From an uncultured Mycoplasma sp. (GTDB taxonomy: Bacteria > Bacillota_I > Bacilli_A > RF39 > UBA660), in contig CAMNSE010000004.1 in the NCBI GenBank assembly GCA_946554525.1, positions 8,177-72,176 on the forward strand: a stretch of 64,000 nucleotides of DNA. Reading direction: 5' to 3'. Positions 27,996 through 36,085 of the stretch are shown in pieces. Below the pieces are notes generated by a model. It was given only the letters and a program-made list of their open reading frames with translations. It was not told the DNA's origin and searched no databases. Position 1 is the stretch's first letter, and each line of letters begins with the position of its first letter. Made by a program: the position numbers and the translations under genes.

Positions 27996-28203
27996 AACGT
28001 TAGGGTGCAATCTAATGCCTACCTAGTTTTTAGGGAGACACTGATCGTAATGACTAGTGTCTTTTTTATTATTCTTGATAAAGTTACCTTTATCTGAACC
28101 TTTATTTAATCATCTTTTTTCTACTTGCCAAAACCCCCATAAGGGTAATAATGGAATAAAAAGGTATCTAATTAGAATCTGGTAGACATTAGCCCTAACG
28201 CTT
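27996..28203. repeat. imperfect long-range inverted repeat enclosing about 155 nt (candidate structured ncRNA or MITE-like element)
   Basis: The left arm 27996-28023 pairs with the right arm 28181-28203. One 9-bp helix is CGTTAGGG.. / ..CCCTAACG. An 11-bp helix (TAATGCCTACC / GGTAGACATTA) has one mismatch. A 7-nt bulge separates the two helices. Confidence 0.4.
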
Positions 28204-28367
28204 GGTTTATTATTGTAAATATATATTTATTAAAATGCAAGCAAAAGCGTTCGACAAAAATTGACATTTTAATGTAAACTCTGGCTTATTAACCTAAAGA
28301 TTGTTTACTTAAAAATTAATCATGTGTTATTATAAAAATATAGTAGGAAAGTAAGTGGAGTGTTTTT

Positions 28368-30353
28368 ATGAAAAAAATTGCATTATTAATGTTATTTGCC
28401 TTTTTATTTATTTTAGGTATAGCTTCTGTAGATGCTGCAAGTTATAATTATAATGTTAAATATGTATCAGGAGATTGTAAAAGTAGTACTGGGTGTAAAT
28501 ACAATTTACTCTTTAATTTGAAAGATTTGCCAAGCACACAAGTAAATCATTTAGAAGGAGAATTAATTTTAAGAGGATATGAAATTATTTCTACTAAGCT
28601 GGAAAATGATTTTGTGGGTACTTTTGATAAGAATACTGCCAAGTATAATTTAACATCTAAAAAGACTTATACTAAGAGTGATGGTGAAGTGGTATTTGCA
28701 TCAATAATGGCAAGAAAGATAATAGATAGTGATGATTGTAGAGTTGAAATTAAACCCTCCGTTACCGAAAAAGTAAATATTAATCAGTTTACAATGAATA
28801 AAGATGCTTATAAAGATGGCGTTAAGATTTCAAATATAAAAGTTGGAGAAGAATTTGAATATCGAATTAAAGTGACGGGTTTATATAATTATTTAGAAAC
28901 TGATGTTGTAAATATCAAAGATGTAATTCCAGAAGAATTAGAAGTAATAGATAATGGTGGAGCAACACTTACGAGTTCTAATACATATACGTGGTCTTTA
29001 GGAACATTTAAAGCTGGAACAGAGACAAAGACTATTTCCATAAAAGTAAGACTTAAGGATACTTTAAAAAGAAGTCTTTATAATAAATCAACTTTAACTG
29101 TAGAGGGGCAAGATCCAATTGAGGCTGGTAATACTATAAATATTGTGTATTCAGATATTCAAGTTAATAAAGAAGCAAGTAAAAATAAAATTGCTCCAGG
29201 ATCAGTTTTTGATTACAAAATTACTGTTAAAAATATGGGGAATGCTGTTTCTGAAAATATCGTTTTAAAAGATACTTTAGATAATAACTTAACGTTAATA
29301 AGTTCAGACGCTCGTTATACTAAAAATAACAATGAATTTTCTTTTGACATTGGAAAAATTGAAGCTGGCAAAAGTGTTACAATTACATTGCATGTTAAAG
29401 AAAATAATACTTTAAGTAAAGGAGAAATTGTAAATACTGCCATTGCCGTGGAAGAAGGGAAAAAAACTATCGAAGCTACTGCTGTTGTGACAGTGGAAAA
29501 AGAGGAATCATCAGGCGCTTTAGATAAACCTAGCATCAGCATTAAAAAAAGTAGTAATGAAAAAGAAGTTCAGGTTGGAAAAGAGTTTAAGTATACAATA
29601 GAGATTACAAATAATAATTCTCTAAACCTTAAAAATGTTATTTTAACTGATCATATTGATGATAACTTAGAAATCATTGATGCAAGTGGAGCTACTTATG
29701 AAAATGGTGTGTTAACATGGCAATTTGACTTAGATAGCAAAAAGGATAAAGCTTTTACGATAAGAGTTAAAGCAAAAGATGATACAAAGCTTAGGGAAAT
29801 TAAAAATCAAGCAAAAGTTTATTATAATGATTTAGAAGAAGAAAGTAATGAGGTTGTAATAATTGTAATAGAAGGGGACAAAAAAGAATCTCTAGATAAA
29901 CCTAGTATCAGCATTAAAAAAAGTAGTAATGAAAAAGAAGTTCAGGCTGGAAAAGAGTTTAAGTATACTATAGAGATTATAAATAATAATTCTCTAAACC
30001 TTAAAAATGTTATTGTAACTGATCATATTGATGATAACTTAGAAATCATTGATGCAAGTGGAGCTACTTATGAAAATGGTGTGTTAACATGGCAATTTGA
30101 CTTAGATGGTAAAAAGGATAAAACTTTTACGATAAGAGTTAAAGTAAAAGATGATACAAAGCTTGGAAAAATCAAGAATCGTGCAAAAGTATTAAATGAT
30201 GATTTTGAAGAAGAAAGCAATGAAGTTGTAATAACTGTTGTTGAAGTAGAAAATCCTAAAACGGGTATGATTAGTGGAGGAATTATTCTAGTTTTAGTAG
30301 GGGTTTTAGTTATATTAAAAATAAAAAATAAAAATAAATTACTAAAAATTTAA
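28368..30353 (+). CDS. cell-wall-anchored surface protein with DUF11-type repeat domains and an NPKTG sorting signal
   Basis: Signal peptide MKKIALLMLFAFLFILGIASVDA. Repeated domains of the form F-x-Y-x-I-x-V-x-N-x-G...L-x-D-x-L. The C-terminus is NPKTG, a hydrophobic segment, then KIKNKNK. Confidence 0.85.
   Translation: MKKIALLMLFAFLFILGIASVDAASYNYNVKYVSGDCKSSTGCKYNLLFNLKDLPSTQVNHLEGELILRGYEIISTKLENDFVGTFDKNTAKYNLTSKKTYTKSDGEVVFASIMARKIIDSDDCRVEIKPSVTEKVNINQFTMNKDAYKDGVKISNIKVGEEFEYRIKVTGLYNYLETDVVNIKDVIPEELEVIDNGGATLTSSNTYTWSLGTFKAGTETKTISIKVRLKDTLKRSLYNKSTLTVEGQDPIEAGNTINIVYSDIQVNKEASKNKIAPGSVFDYKITVKNMGNAVSENIVLKDTLDNNLTLISSDARYTKNNNEFSFDIGKIEAGKSVTITLHVKENNTLSKGEIVNTAIAVEEGKKTIEATAVVTVEKEESSGALDKPSISIKKSSNEKEVQVGKEFKYTIEITNNNSLNLKNVILTDHIDDNLEIIDASGATYENGVLTWQFDLDSKKDKAFTIRVKAKDDTKLREIKNQAKVYYNDLEEESNEVVIIVIEGDKKESLDKPSISIKKSSNEKEVQAGKEFKYTIEIINNNSLNLKNVIVTDHIDDNLEIIDASGATYENGVLTWQFDLDGKKDKTFTIRVKVKDDTKLGKIKNRAKVLNDDFEEESNEVVITVVEVENPKTGMISGGIILVLVGVLVILKIKNKNKLLKI
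29520..30245 (+). repeat. tandem duplication, 2 x 372 bp (124 aa), inside the surface-protein gene
   Basis: Unit 1 starts at 29520 (TTAGATAAACCTAGCATCAGC) and unit 2 at 29892 (CTAGATAAACCTAGTATCAGC). Only scattered substitutions are seen over most of the unit. The second copy diverges near the sorting signal. Confidence 0.9.
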
Positions 30354-30362
30354 ATTAAATTT

Positions 30363-30393
30363 GACACTAATTATATTCTTTAGTGTCTTTTTG
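30363..30393 (+). terminator. rho-independent terminator
   Basis: GACACTA...TAGTGTC followed by TTTTT. Confidence 0.6.
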
Positions 30394-30450
30394 TTTTGCT
30401 AAGTTTTGGGTTACATGATATACTTTAATTAGATTAGGATGTGTATATAA

Positions 30451-30846
30451 ATGAAAAATAAAAGAGGATTTACACTTACAGAATTATTATGTGTTATTGT
30501 GATTTTAGGACTAATTACAACCATGGTAACTACTAATGTTTTATCAATGTCTAAAAAATCAAATGAAAATATGTATTGTGCAAAGTTAGAACTTATTAAA
30601 AGTAAAGCTATAGAATATGGCAAAATTTATGAGAAAGAGCTTAATAAAAGCACGGAATTATTTGAAGGAAATAAAAGCATTACGATTAAAGTTCAAGATC
30701 TAATAAATGCAGGAAAATTCGATGGAGACAAAAATGATATTGTTATAAATCCAATTAATAAAGAAAGCTTGAATGAAGAAAGTATTATTCTTTATTTGAA
30801 AAATAATCAAATAAAAGCTTATATAAATGATAATAATGTTTGTTAA
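30451..30846 (+). CDS. type IV pilin/pseudopilin-like protein (prepilin N-terminal cleavage/methylation motif)
   Basis: MKNKRG|FTLTELLCVIVILGLITTMV has Gly at -1, Phe at +1, Glu at +5 and a hydrophobic helix. It is 131 aa with two Cys residues. Confidence 0.75.
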   Translation: MKNKRGFTLTELLCVIVILGLITTMVTTNVLSMSKKSNENMYCAKLELIKSKAIEYGKIYEKELNKSTELFEGNKSITIKVQDLINAGKFDGDKNDIVINPINKESLNEESIILYLKNNQIKAYINDNNVC

Positions 30847-30898
30847 TTTAAATATTTTATGATAAAATAGAAAAACTAAAAAGGAAGGGGAACCTAAG

Positions 30899-32206
30899 AT
30901 GAAAAAATGTGTTTGTTTAATTGGAAAACCTAATGTTGGTAAATCAACTATTTTTAATAAGTTAATTCGAGAAAAAAAATCCATTATTATGGATGAGCCT
31001 GGTATAACTAGAGATAGAATTTATGGTAATGTAACTTATCATGATAAAACGTTCTCTCTTATTGATACTGGAGGAGTTGTAAGTGATAATAATGATTTTA
31101 ATAGTGAAATAAAAATGCAAGCAGCACTTGCGATGGATGAAGCAGATTTAATTTTATTTGTTGTAGATGGAAAATACGGTTTAGATGCAAGTGATTATTA
31201 TATTCGTGATTTACTTATTAAAACTAAAAAAGAAGTAATTGTACTTGTTAATAAAATTGATAATAATAAACGTGAAAGTGCTATTTATGAATTTTATGAA
31301 TTAGGATTCGAGAAAATTATTGCTGTAAGTGGTGAACATAATATTGGATTTACAGAAGTATTAGACGAAATAACTAAAAATATTCCAGAAAATAGTACTA
31401 GTGATAATGCAATTCCTAAATTTTGTATTATTGGTAGACCTAATGTAGGTAAAAGTAGTTTAATGAATGCTATATTAAATGAAGAAAGAGCAATTGTTAG
31501 TGATATCGCTGGTACTACTAGAGATTCATTAGATACTAAGTTTACATATGATAAAAAAGAGTATATTGTTGTTGATACTGCAGGGCTTCGTAAAAAAGGA
31601 AGAATTTATGAAAATGTAGAACGTTTTAGTTATTTTAGAAGTATGAAAAGTATTGATGAGGCAGATGTATGTGTTGTTGTTATTGATGCTAAAGAAGGTA
31701 TTTTAGAACACGATAAACATATTATGGGATATGCAATAGAATCAGGAAAAGGAATAGTACTCGTTGTAAATAAGTGGGATACTGTAGAAAATCCTGATTT
31801 AGCCATAAAAATCTGGAAAACAAAAATTGCTAATGAATTTCAATTTGCTCAATATTTAAAAGTTGTTTTCTTATCAGCTAAAACTAAAAAAAGAATTCAC
31901 ACTTTAATGCCTGAAGTTATTAGTGCATATAATAATAACCAAAAAGAGATTAAAACAAGCTTACTTAATGATGTGATTACAGAAGCGGTGAGTCTAAATG
32001 CTCCGCCATCATATAAGGGAAAACGCCTTAAAATTTATTTTGTAAGTGAGACGGGCATTAGACCTCCTAAATTTACATTTAATGTTAATAATAAAGGACT
32101 TGTTCATTTTAGTTATGAGCGATATTTAGAGAATAAGTTAAGAGAAAATTTTGATTTAACAGGAACTCCAATCATTTTACAGTTTAAAAATAAAAATGAA
32201 AAATAA
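30899..32206 (+). CDS. der: ribosome-biogenesis GTPase Der (EngA)
   Basis: Two GTPase domains (GKPNVGKSTIFN and GRPNVGKSSLMN) plus a KH-like C-terminus. Confidence 0.95.
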   Translation: MKKCVCLIGKPNVGKSTIFNKLIREKKSIIMDEPGITRDRIYGNVTYHDKTFSLIDTGGVVSDNNDFNSEIKMQAALAMDEADLILFVVDGKYGLDASDYYIRDLLIKTKKEVIVLVNKIDNNKRESAIYEFYELGFEKIIAVSGEHNIGFTEVLDEITKNIPENSTSDNAIPKFCIIGRPNVGKSSLMNAILNEERAIVSDIAGTTRDSLDTKFTYDKKEYIVVDTAGLRKKGRIYENVERFSYFRSMKSIDEADVCVVVIDAKEGILEHDKHIMGYAIESGKGIVLVVNKWDTVENPDLAIKIWKTKIANEFQFAQYLKVVFLSAKTKKRIHTLMPEVISAYNNNQKEIKTSLLNDVITEAVSLNAPPSYKGKRLKIYFVSETGIRPPKFTFNVNNKGLVHFSYERYLENKLRENFDLTGTPIILQFKNKNEK

Positions 32207-32270
32207 TTTTTTGTTATTATAAATAACCAAAGATACCCTCTAACATATAATATTTTAGGAGGTATTTTTT

Positions 32271-32510
32271 ATGTTAGATGATTCTTTTTTTAAGAAAGTT
32301 GAAAAGAAAACTAAAGTCGATAAAGATACAATTGTAAATCTTGCAGAAAAATTACAAAAAGGGAATATGAAAGATCCAAAAACTTTAAGTGAAGTAATAG
32401 ATACATTAAGTAAAATGACAGGAAAGAAAGTTAATCCTGATTTAAAAAATAAAATAATTAAAAAAGTTGTAGAAGATGAAGTTCCAAAAAATGTTGATAA
32501 AATGTTTTAA
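32271..32510 (+). CDS. small protein, possibly SpoVIF-like
   Basis: The pattern FFKKVEKKTKV...I..LA..LQ..N.KD..T...VI..LS.MTGK resembles the stage VI sporulation protein F family as I recall it. This was not verified. Confidence 0.35.
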   Translation: MLDDSFFKKVEKKTKVDKDTIVNLAEKLQKGNMKDPKTLSEVIDTLSKMTGKKVNPDLKNKIIKKVVEDEVPKNVDKMF

Positions 32511-32566
32511 CTTTACATTTATTAAATAAACAGTTATAATAAGCCTTAAGAATTTTTGGTGATACT

Positions 32567-33253
32567 ATGGAGAATAATACAGATAATAAATTAAAGGCAA
32601 TAGAAAAAGCTTTAAATGAAATACATAATATTTTAACAGGTGGAAGCGTTTTATCACGATATAAAATAAATTTGCTTGATTTTAAATGTCATCTTTTATT
32701 GGAAGAAGCACAAAGAATATCAGAAAAAAATGAAGAAGAAAGAATTACAAATAGAAATAGAACTATTAGAAAAATGGTTTTAAGCAGTTGTGGTTTATTT
32801 ATCGGTATGTTTAGTTTAGGCTTTATTTTACACAATCCTGTTTTATGTTTTATTATTTTACCTATAATAAATCTTGTTGCTATGAGAGAGACAGATAAAG
32901 CTAAGAAATTTATGGAAAATTATAATAATTATTCTAAAAATTTGTCATCTTTTAATAAACGGATAAAAAATTATATTGGAATGATAGATGGTAGATATAA
33001 TAAATTGCAAAGTAAGCTATATGATGAGGAAAAAGAAGAGACAAATGTTTTAGGTTTAGCAGAAGAATGGATTGAATCATATTTAATAGATGAGACAGTT
33101 AAAATAGAGGATATTCCTTTAGAATTAAAAGACTTTATAATTCAAATATTGAGAATGGATTTAGAAGAAGAAAGTGATGATTTAGAAACGCTTCTTGGCA
33201 TTGCAAAAGAAAAAATTAATAAAGAGTCTTTAAAAAGAGAACTAGGCCTTTAA
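32567..33253 (+). CDS. hypothetical membrane protein
   Basis: ORF with two central hydrophobic segments flanked by charged helical regions. Confidence 0.5.
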   Translation: MENNTDNKLKAIEKALNEIHNILTGGSVLSRYKINLLDFKCHLLLEEAQRISEKNEEERITNRNRTIRKMVLSSCGLFIGMFSLGFILHNPVLCFIILPIINLVAMRETDKAKKFMENYNNYSKNLSSFNKRIKNYIGMIDGRYNKLQSKLYDEEKEETNVLGLAEEWIESYLIDETVKIEDIPLELKDFIIQILRMDLEEESDDLETLLGIAKEKINKESLKRELGL

Positions 33254-33312
33254 ATTTTAGATTGCAAAATGTAGATGTTTTTTGTTATAATAGGTGTCGT
33301 AGGTGGAGTCTT

Positions 33313-33837
33313 ATGGAAAAATTTAATGATGTAAATGAAATTAAAAGCTATTTATCAGATATCGATTTTGGGTGGTGCGATTCTGAAAAGAATATTTATA
33401 CAGATCCAGAAAAGGGCTTTAAAAAGAAATATGTTTTATCTAGCCCAGAAGAAACTATAAAAAATAAAGTTGGAACTTCTTTCGATATTGTAGAAGTTGA
33501 AAGAAATTGTTTTAAATCTCTAGGAGTAAAATTTGATTCTTATTTTATGGTTTATTATGAATCTAGAAGAATGTATACTCATACTTTTGGTGTATATGAA
33601 GCAAATGATAAGTTTTATTGGAGTGAGTTTTCATTAGATTCAAATAAAGGAATCCATGAATACTCAAGTTTATATGATTTGCTTACTAACGTAAGAGAAA
33701 AATTCAAAAAAAATAAAAATATTAAATTTATGGACAATGATTATTTATGCGTTTATAAGTATAAGAAACCGAAATATCATATCGGGCTAAAAGATTTTTA
33801 TAAACATTGTGAAAGTGGAGAAAATATTATAATTTAA
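33313..33837 (+). CDS. hypothetical protein
   Basis: ATG 33313 follows TAGGTGGAG, and the track start at 33262 is less likely. The layout G-T-S-F-D ... H-T-F ... is loosely transglutaminase-fold-like with Ser in place of Cys. This is impression only. Confidence 0.45.
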   Translation: MEKFNDVNEIKSYLSDIDFGWCDSEKNIYTDPEKGFKKKYVLSSPEETIKNKVGTSFDIVEVERNCFKSLGVKFDSYFMVYYESRRMYTHTFGVYEANDKFYWSEFSLDSNKGIHEYSSLYDLLTNVREKFKKNKNIKFMDNDYLCVYKYKKPKYHIGLKDFYKHCESGENIII

Positions 33838-33869
33838 TTGCAGTTGTTTATAAATAGTGATATAATATA

Positions 33870-34080
33870 GTTATAATCAAAGATTAAAAGACATGATTTA
33901 TAATATTTATTTTAAAGAGAGTTAACGGTTGGTGAAAGTTAATAAATGAAGTTATAAATTACTACTTTTATAGAGGGATTAATACTCCCCGTAAGCTCGC
34001 GTTAAGAGTAGTTAAGTGATATAAAGGATGGTACCGCAGAATTTGCTCCTTGCAAGTTTTGTGGTTTTTTATTTTAAGGA
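33870..34080 (+). promoter_or_regulatory. T-box leader (Thr specifier) upstream of thrS
   Basis: Promoter TTGTTT...TATAAT (about 33845-33866). A stem I AGAGAG element is present. The candidate specifier ACU lies in AAATTACTACTTT. The T-box sequence is AAAGGATGGTACCGCAG. The terminator is CCGCAGAATTTGC...GCAAGTTTTGTGG followed by T6. Confidence 0.85.
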
Positions 34081-34089
34081 GGAAAGAAA

Positions 34090-35826
34090 ATGATAAATAT
34101 TAAAGAAAATGAAAAATTAAGTGTCCTAAATCATAGTTGTGCTCATTTGCTTGCTCAAGCAGTAAAGCATTTATATCCTGAGGCAAAATTTTGGGTTGGA
34201 CCAGTAATTGAAGAAGGGTTTTATTATGATATAGATTTGGGTGGTAAAACGCTAACTGAAGATGATTTGCCGGCAATAGAACGTGAAATGAAAAAAATTA
34301 GCAAAGATGGAAAGAGAATCGTAAGAAATGAAATCTCTAAGGAGGAAGCGTTAGAAAAATTTCATGATGATCCTTATAAAATAGATTTGATTGAAAGGAT
34401 GGATCCAGAAGATACAGTTATTTCTTGTTATACACAAGGAGATTTTACAGATCTTTGTCGTGGACCTCATGTAGAGTCAGTTAAAGAACTTAAAAACTTT
34501 AAACTATTAAAAGTTAGTGGTGCTTACTGGAAGGGAGATTCTAGCAATCAAGTTTTACAAAGAATATATGGGATTTGTTTTGATACTCCAGAAAAGTTAG
34601 AAGAGCATTTAAATTATCTAGAAGAAGCTAAGAAGAGAGACCATAAAAAATTAGGCAAAGAACTAGATCTATTTATGATGAGCGAATATGGCCCTGGATT
34701 TCCATTTTTCTTACATAATGGAATGATCATTAGAAATGAACTTGAAAATTTTTGGTATCAAGAACACGCCAAAGAAGGATATGAATTTATTAAAACACCA
34801 ATTATGTTAAATAAAGAATTATGGGAACTATCAGGACACTGGTATAATTATCGTGAAAATATGTATACGAGTGAAATTGATGAGAGGACATTTGCTATTA
34901 AGCCAATGAATTGTCCGGGAGGAATGCTTGTTTATAAAAATTCACTTCATTCATATAAAGATTTACCTCTTAGAATTGGAGAATTAGGTCAGGTTCATAG
35001 ACATGAGGCTAGTGGAGCTTTAAATGGATTATTCAGAGTTAGAACATTTACACAGGATGATGCACATATTTTTATGAGAGAAGATCAGATTGAGGATGAA
35101 GTAGTAAGATTAATTAATTTTATTGATAGAGTTTATAAAATTTTTGGATTAACATATGAAATAGAATTATCTACAAGACCAGAAGAAAAATATATAGGTG
35201 CAATAGAAATTTGGGATCGCTCTGAGGCTGCCTTAGAAGAAGCTTGTCATAAAGCAGGTCATGATTGTAAAATTAATCCTGGAGATGGAGCATTTTATGG
35301 TCCAAAACTAGATTTCCATATTAAAGATTCACTTGGAAGAGTATGGCAATGTGGAACAATTCAATTAGACATGAATCTTCCAGAAAGATTTGACTTAACT
35401 TATGTTGATCAAGACGGAAGTAAAAAAAGACCTGTCATGCTTCACCGTGTTATATTTGGGTCAATTGAAAGGTTTATTGGAATTTTAATTGAGCACTATG
35501 CAGGAGCATTCCCTCTATGGTTAGCGCCTGTTCAAATAAATGTAATCCCTGTTAATAATGAATATCATTTAGATTACGCAAAAGGTATTAAAAATAAATT
35601 AGATGCACTTGGACTTAGAATAAAACTTGATCAAAGAAATGAAAAGTTATCTTATAAAATGAGAGAAAGTATCATGAAGAAAATACCAGTTACTATTGTA
35701 ATAGGTCAAAATGAAGTTGATAATAATTCTATTAGCTATCGTTTGTTTGGTAGTGAAGAAACTTTCACAAAATTATATGATGAATTTGTTTTATTTATAG
35801 AAGAAAAGATTAAAAATAAAAATTAA
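34090..35826 (+). CDS. thrS: threonine--tRNA ligase (lacks the N-terminal TGS domain)
   Basis: Editing-domain HSCAHLLAQA, class II motifs, RDHKKLGKELDLF and an anticodon-binding C-terminus. It is 578 aa and starts directly at the N2/editing domain. Confidence 0.93.
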   Translation: MINIKENEKLSVLNHSCAHLLAQAVKHLYPEAKFWVGPVIEEGFYYDIDLGGKTLTEDDLPAIEREMKKISKDGKRIVRNEISKEEALEKFHDDPYKIDLIERMDPEDTVISCYTQGDFTDLCRGPHVESVKELKNFKLLKVSGAYWKGDSSNQVLQRIYGICFDTPEKLEEHLNYLEEAKKRDHKKLGKELDLFMMSEYGPGFPFFLHNGMIIRNELENFWYQEHAKEGYEFIKTPIMLNKELWELSGHWYNYRENMYTSEIDERTFAIKPMNCPGGMLVYKNSLHSYKDLPLRIGELGQVHRHEASGALNGLFRVRTFTQDDAHIFMREDQIEDEVVRLINFIDRVYKIFGLTYEIELSTRPEEKYIGAIEIWDRSEAALEEACHKAGHDCKINPGDGAFYGPKLDFHIKDSLGRVWQCGTIQLDMNLPERFDLTYVDQDGSKKRPVMLHRVIFGSIERFIGILIEHYAGAFPLWLAPVQINVIPVNNEYHLDYAKGIKNKLDALGLRIKLDQRNEKLSYKMRESIMKKIPVTIVIGQNEVDNNSISYRLFGSEETFTKLYDEFVLFIEEKIKNKN

Positions 35827-35864
35827 TACTTGAAAAAAAGGCATTAATTTGTTAAAATCTATTT

Positions 35865-36070
35865 ATTAAATGTGATAAAAGCAAGAGGAGTAAAAATTTA
35901 TTTCTTTAATAGAGAACTTATGGTAGGTGGAAATAAGTAAGAAAGATTTTGAAGGTAGCTTGTTTAGCAGGTTTTAAAACCCGCAGGAAACTGCGTTAAA
36001 AATTTGAAGAAAAAGATAAAGGTGGTACCGTGCATTATGCACCCTTTGGTACTCACTTTTTTTATTTGGA
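35865..36070 (+). promoter_or_regulatory. T-box leader (Val specifier) upstream of valS
   Basis: Promoter TTGAAA-17-TAAAAT (35830-35858). The candidate specifier GUA lies in TTGAAGGTAGC. The T-box sequence is AAAGGTGGTACCGTG. A terminator hairpin plus T7 ends at about 36067. Confidence 0.8.
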
Positions 36071-36085
36071 AAGGAAGCAAAAAAT

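Noticed and set aside
28038-28066. Similarity between the hairpin AGACACT...AGTGTCT here and the terminator GACACTA...TAGTGTC at 30363-30393, considered as a repeated element.
   Set aside because: Only the 6-7-nt stem is shared, and the loops and flanks differ. This is most simply chance reuse of a short GC-containing stem in AT-rich terminators.
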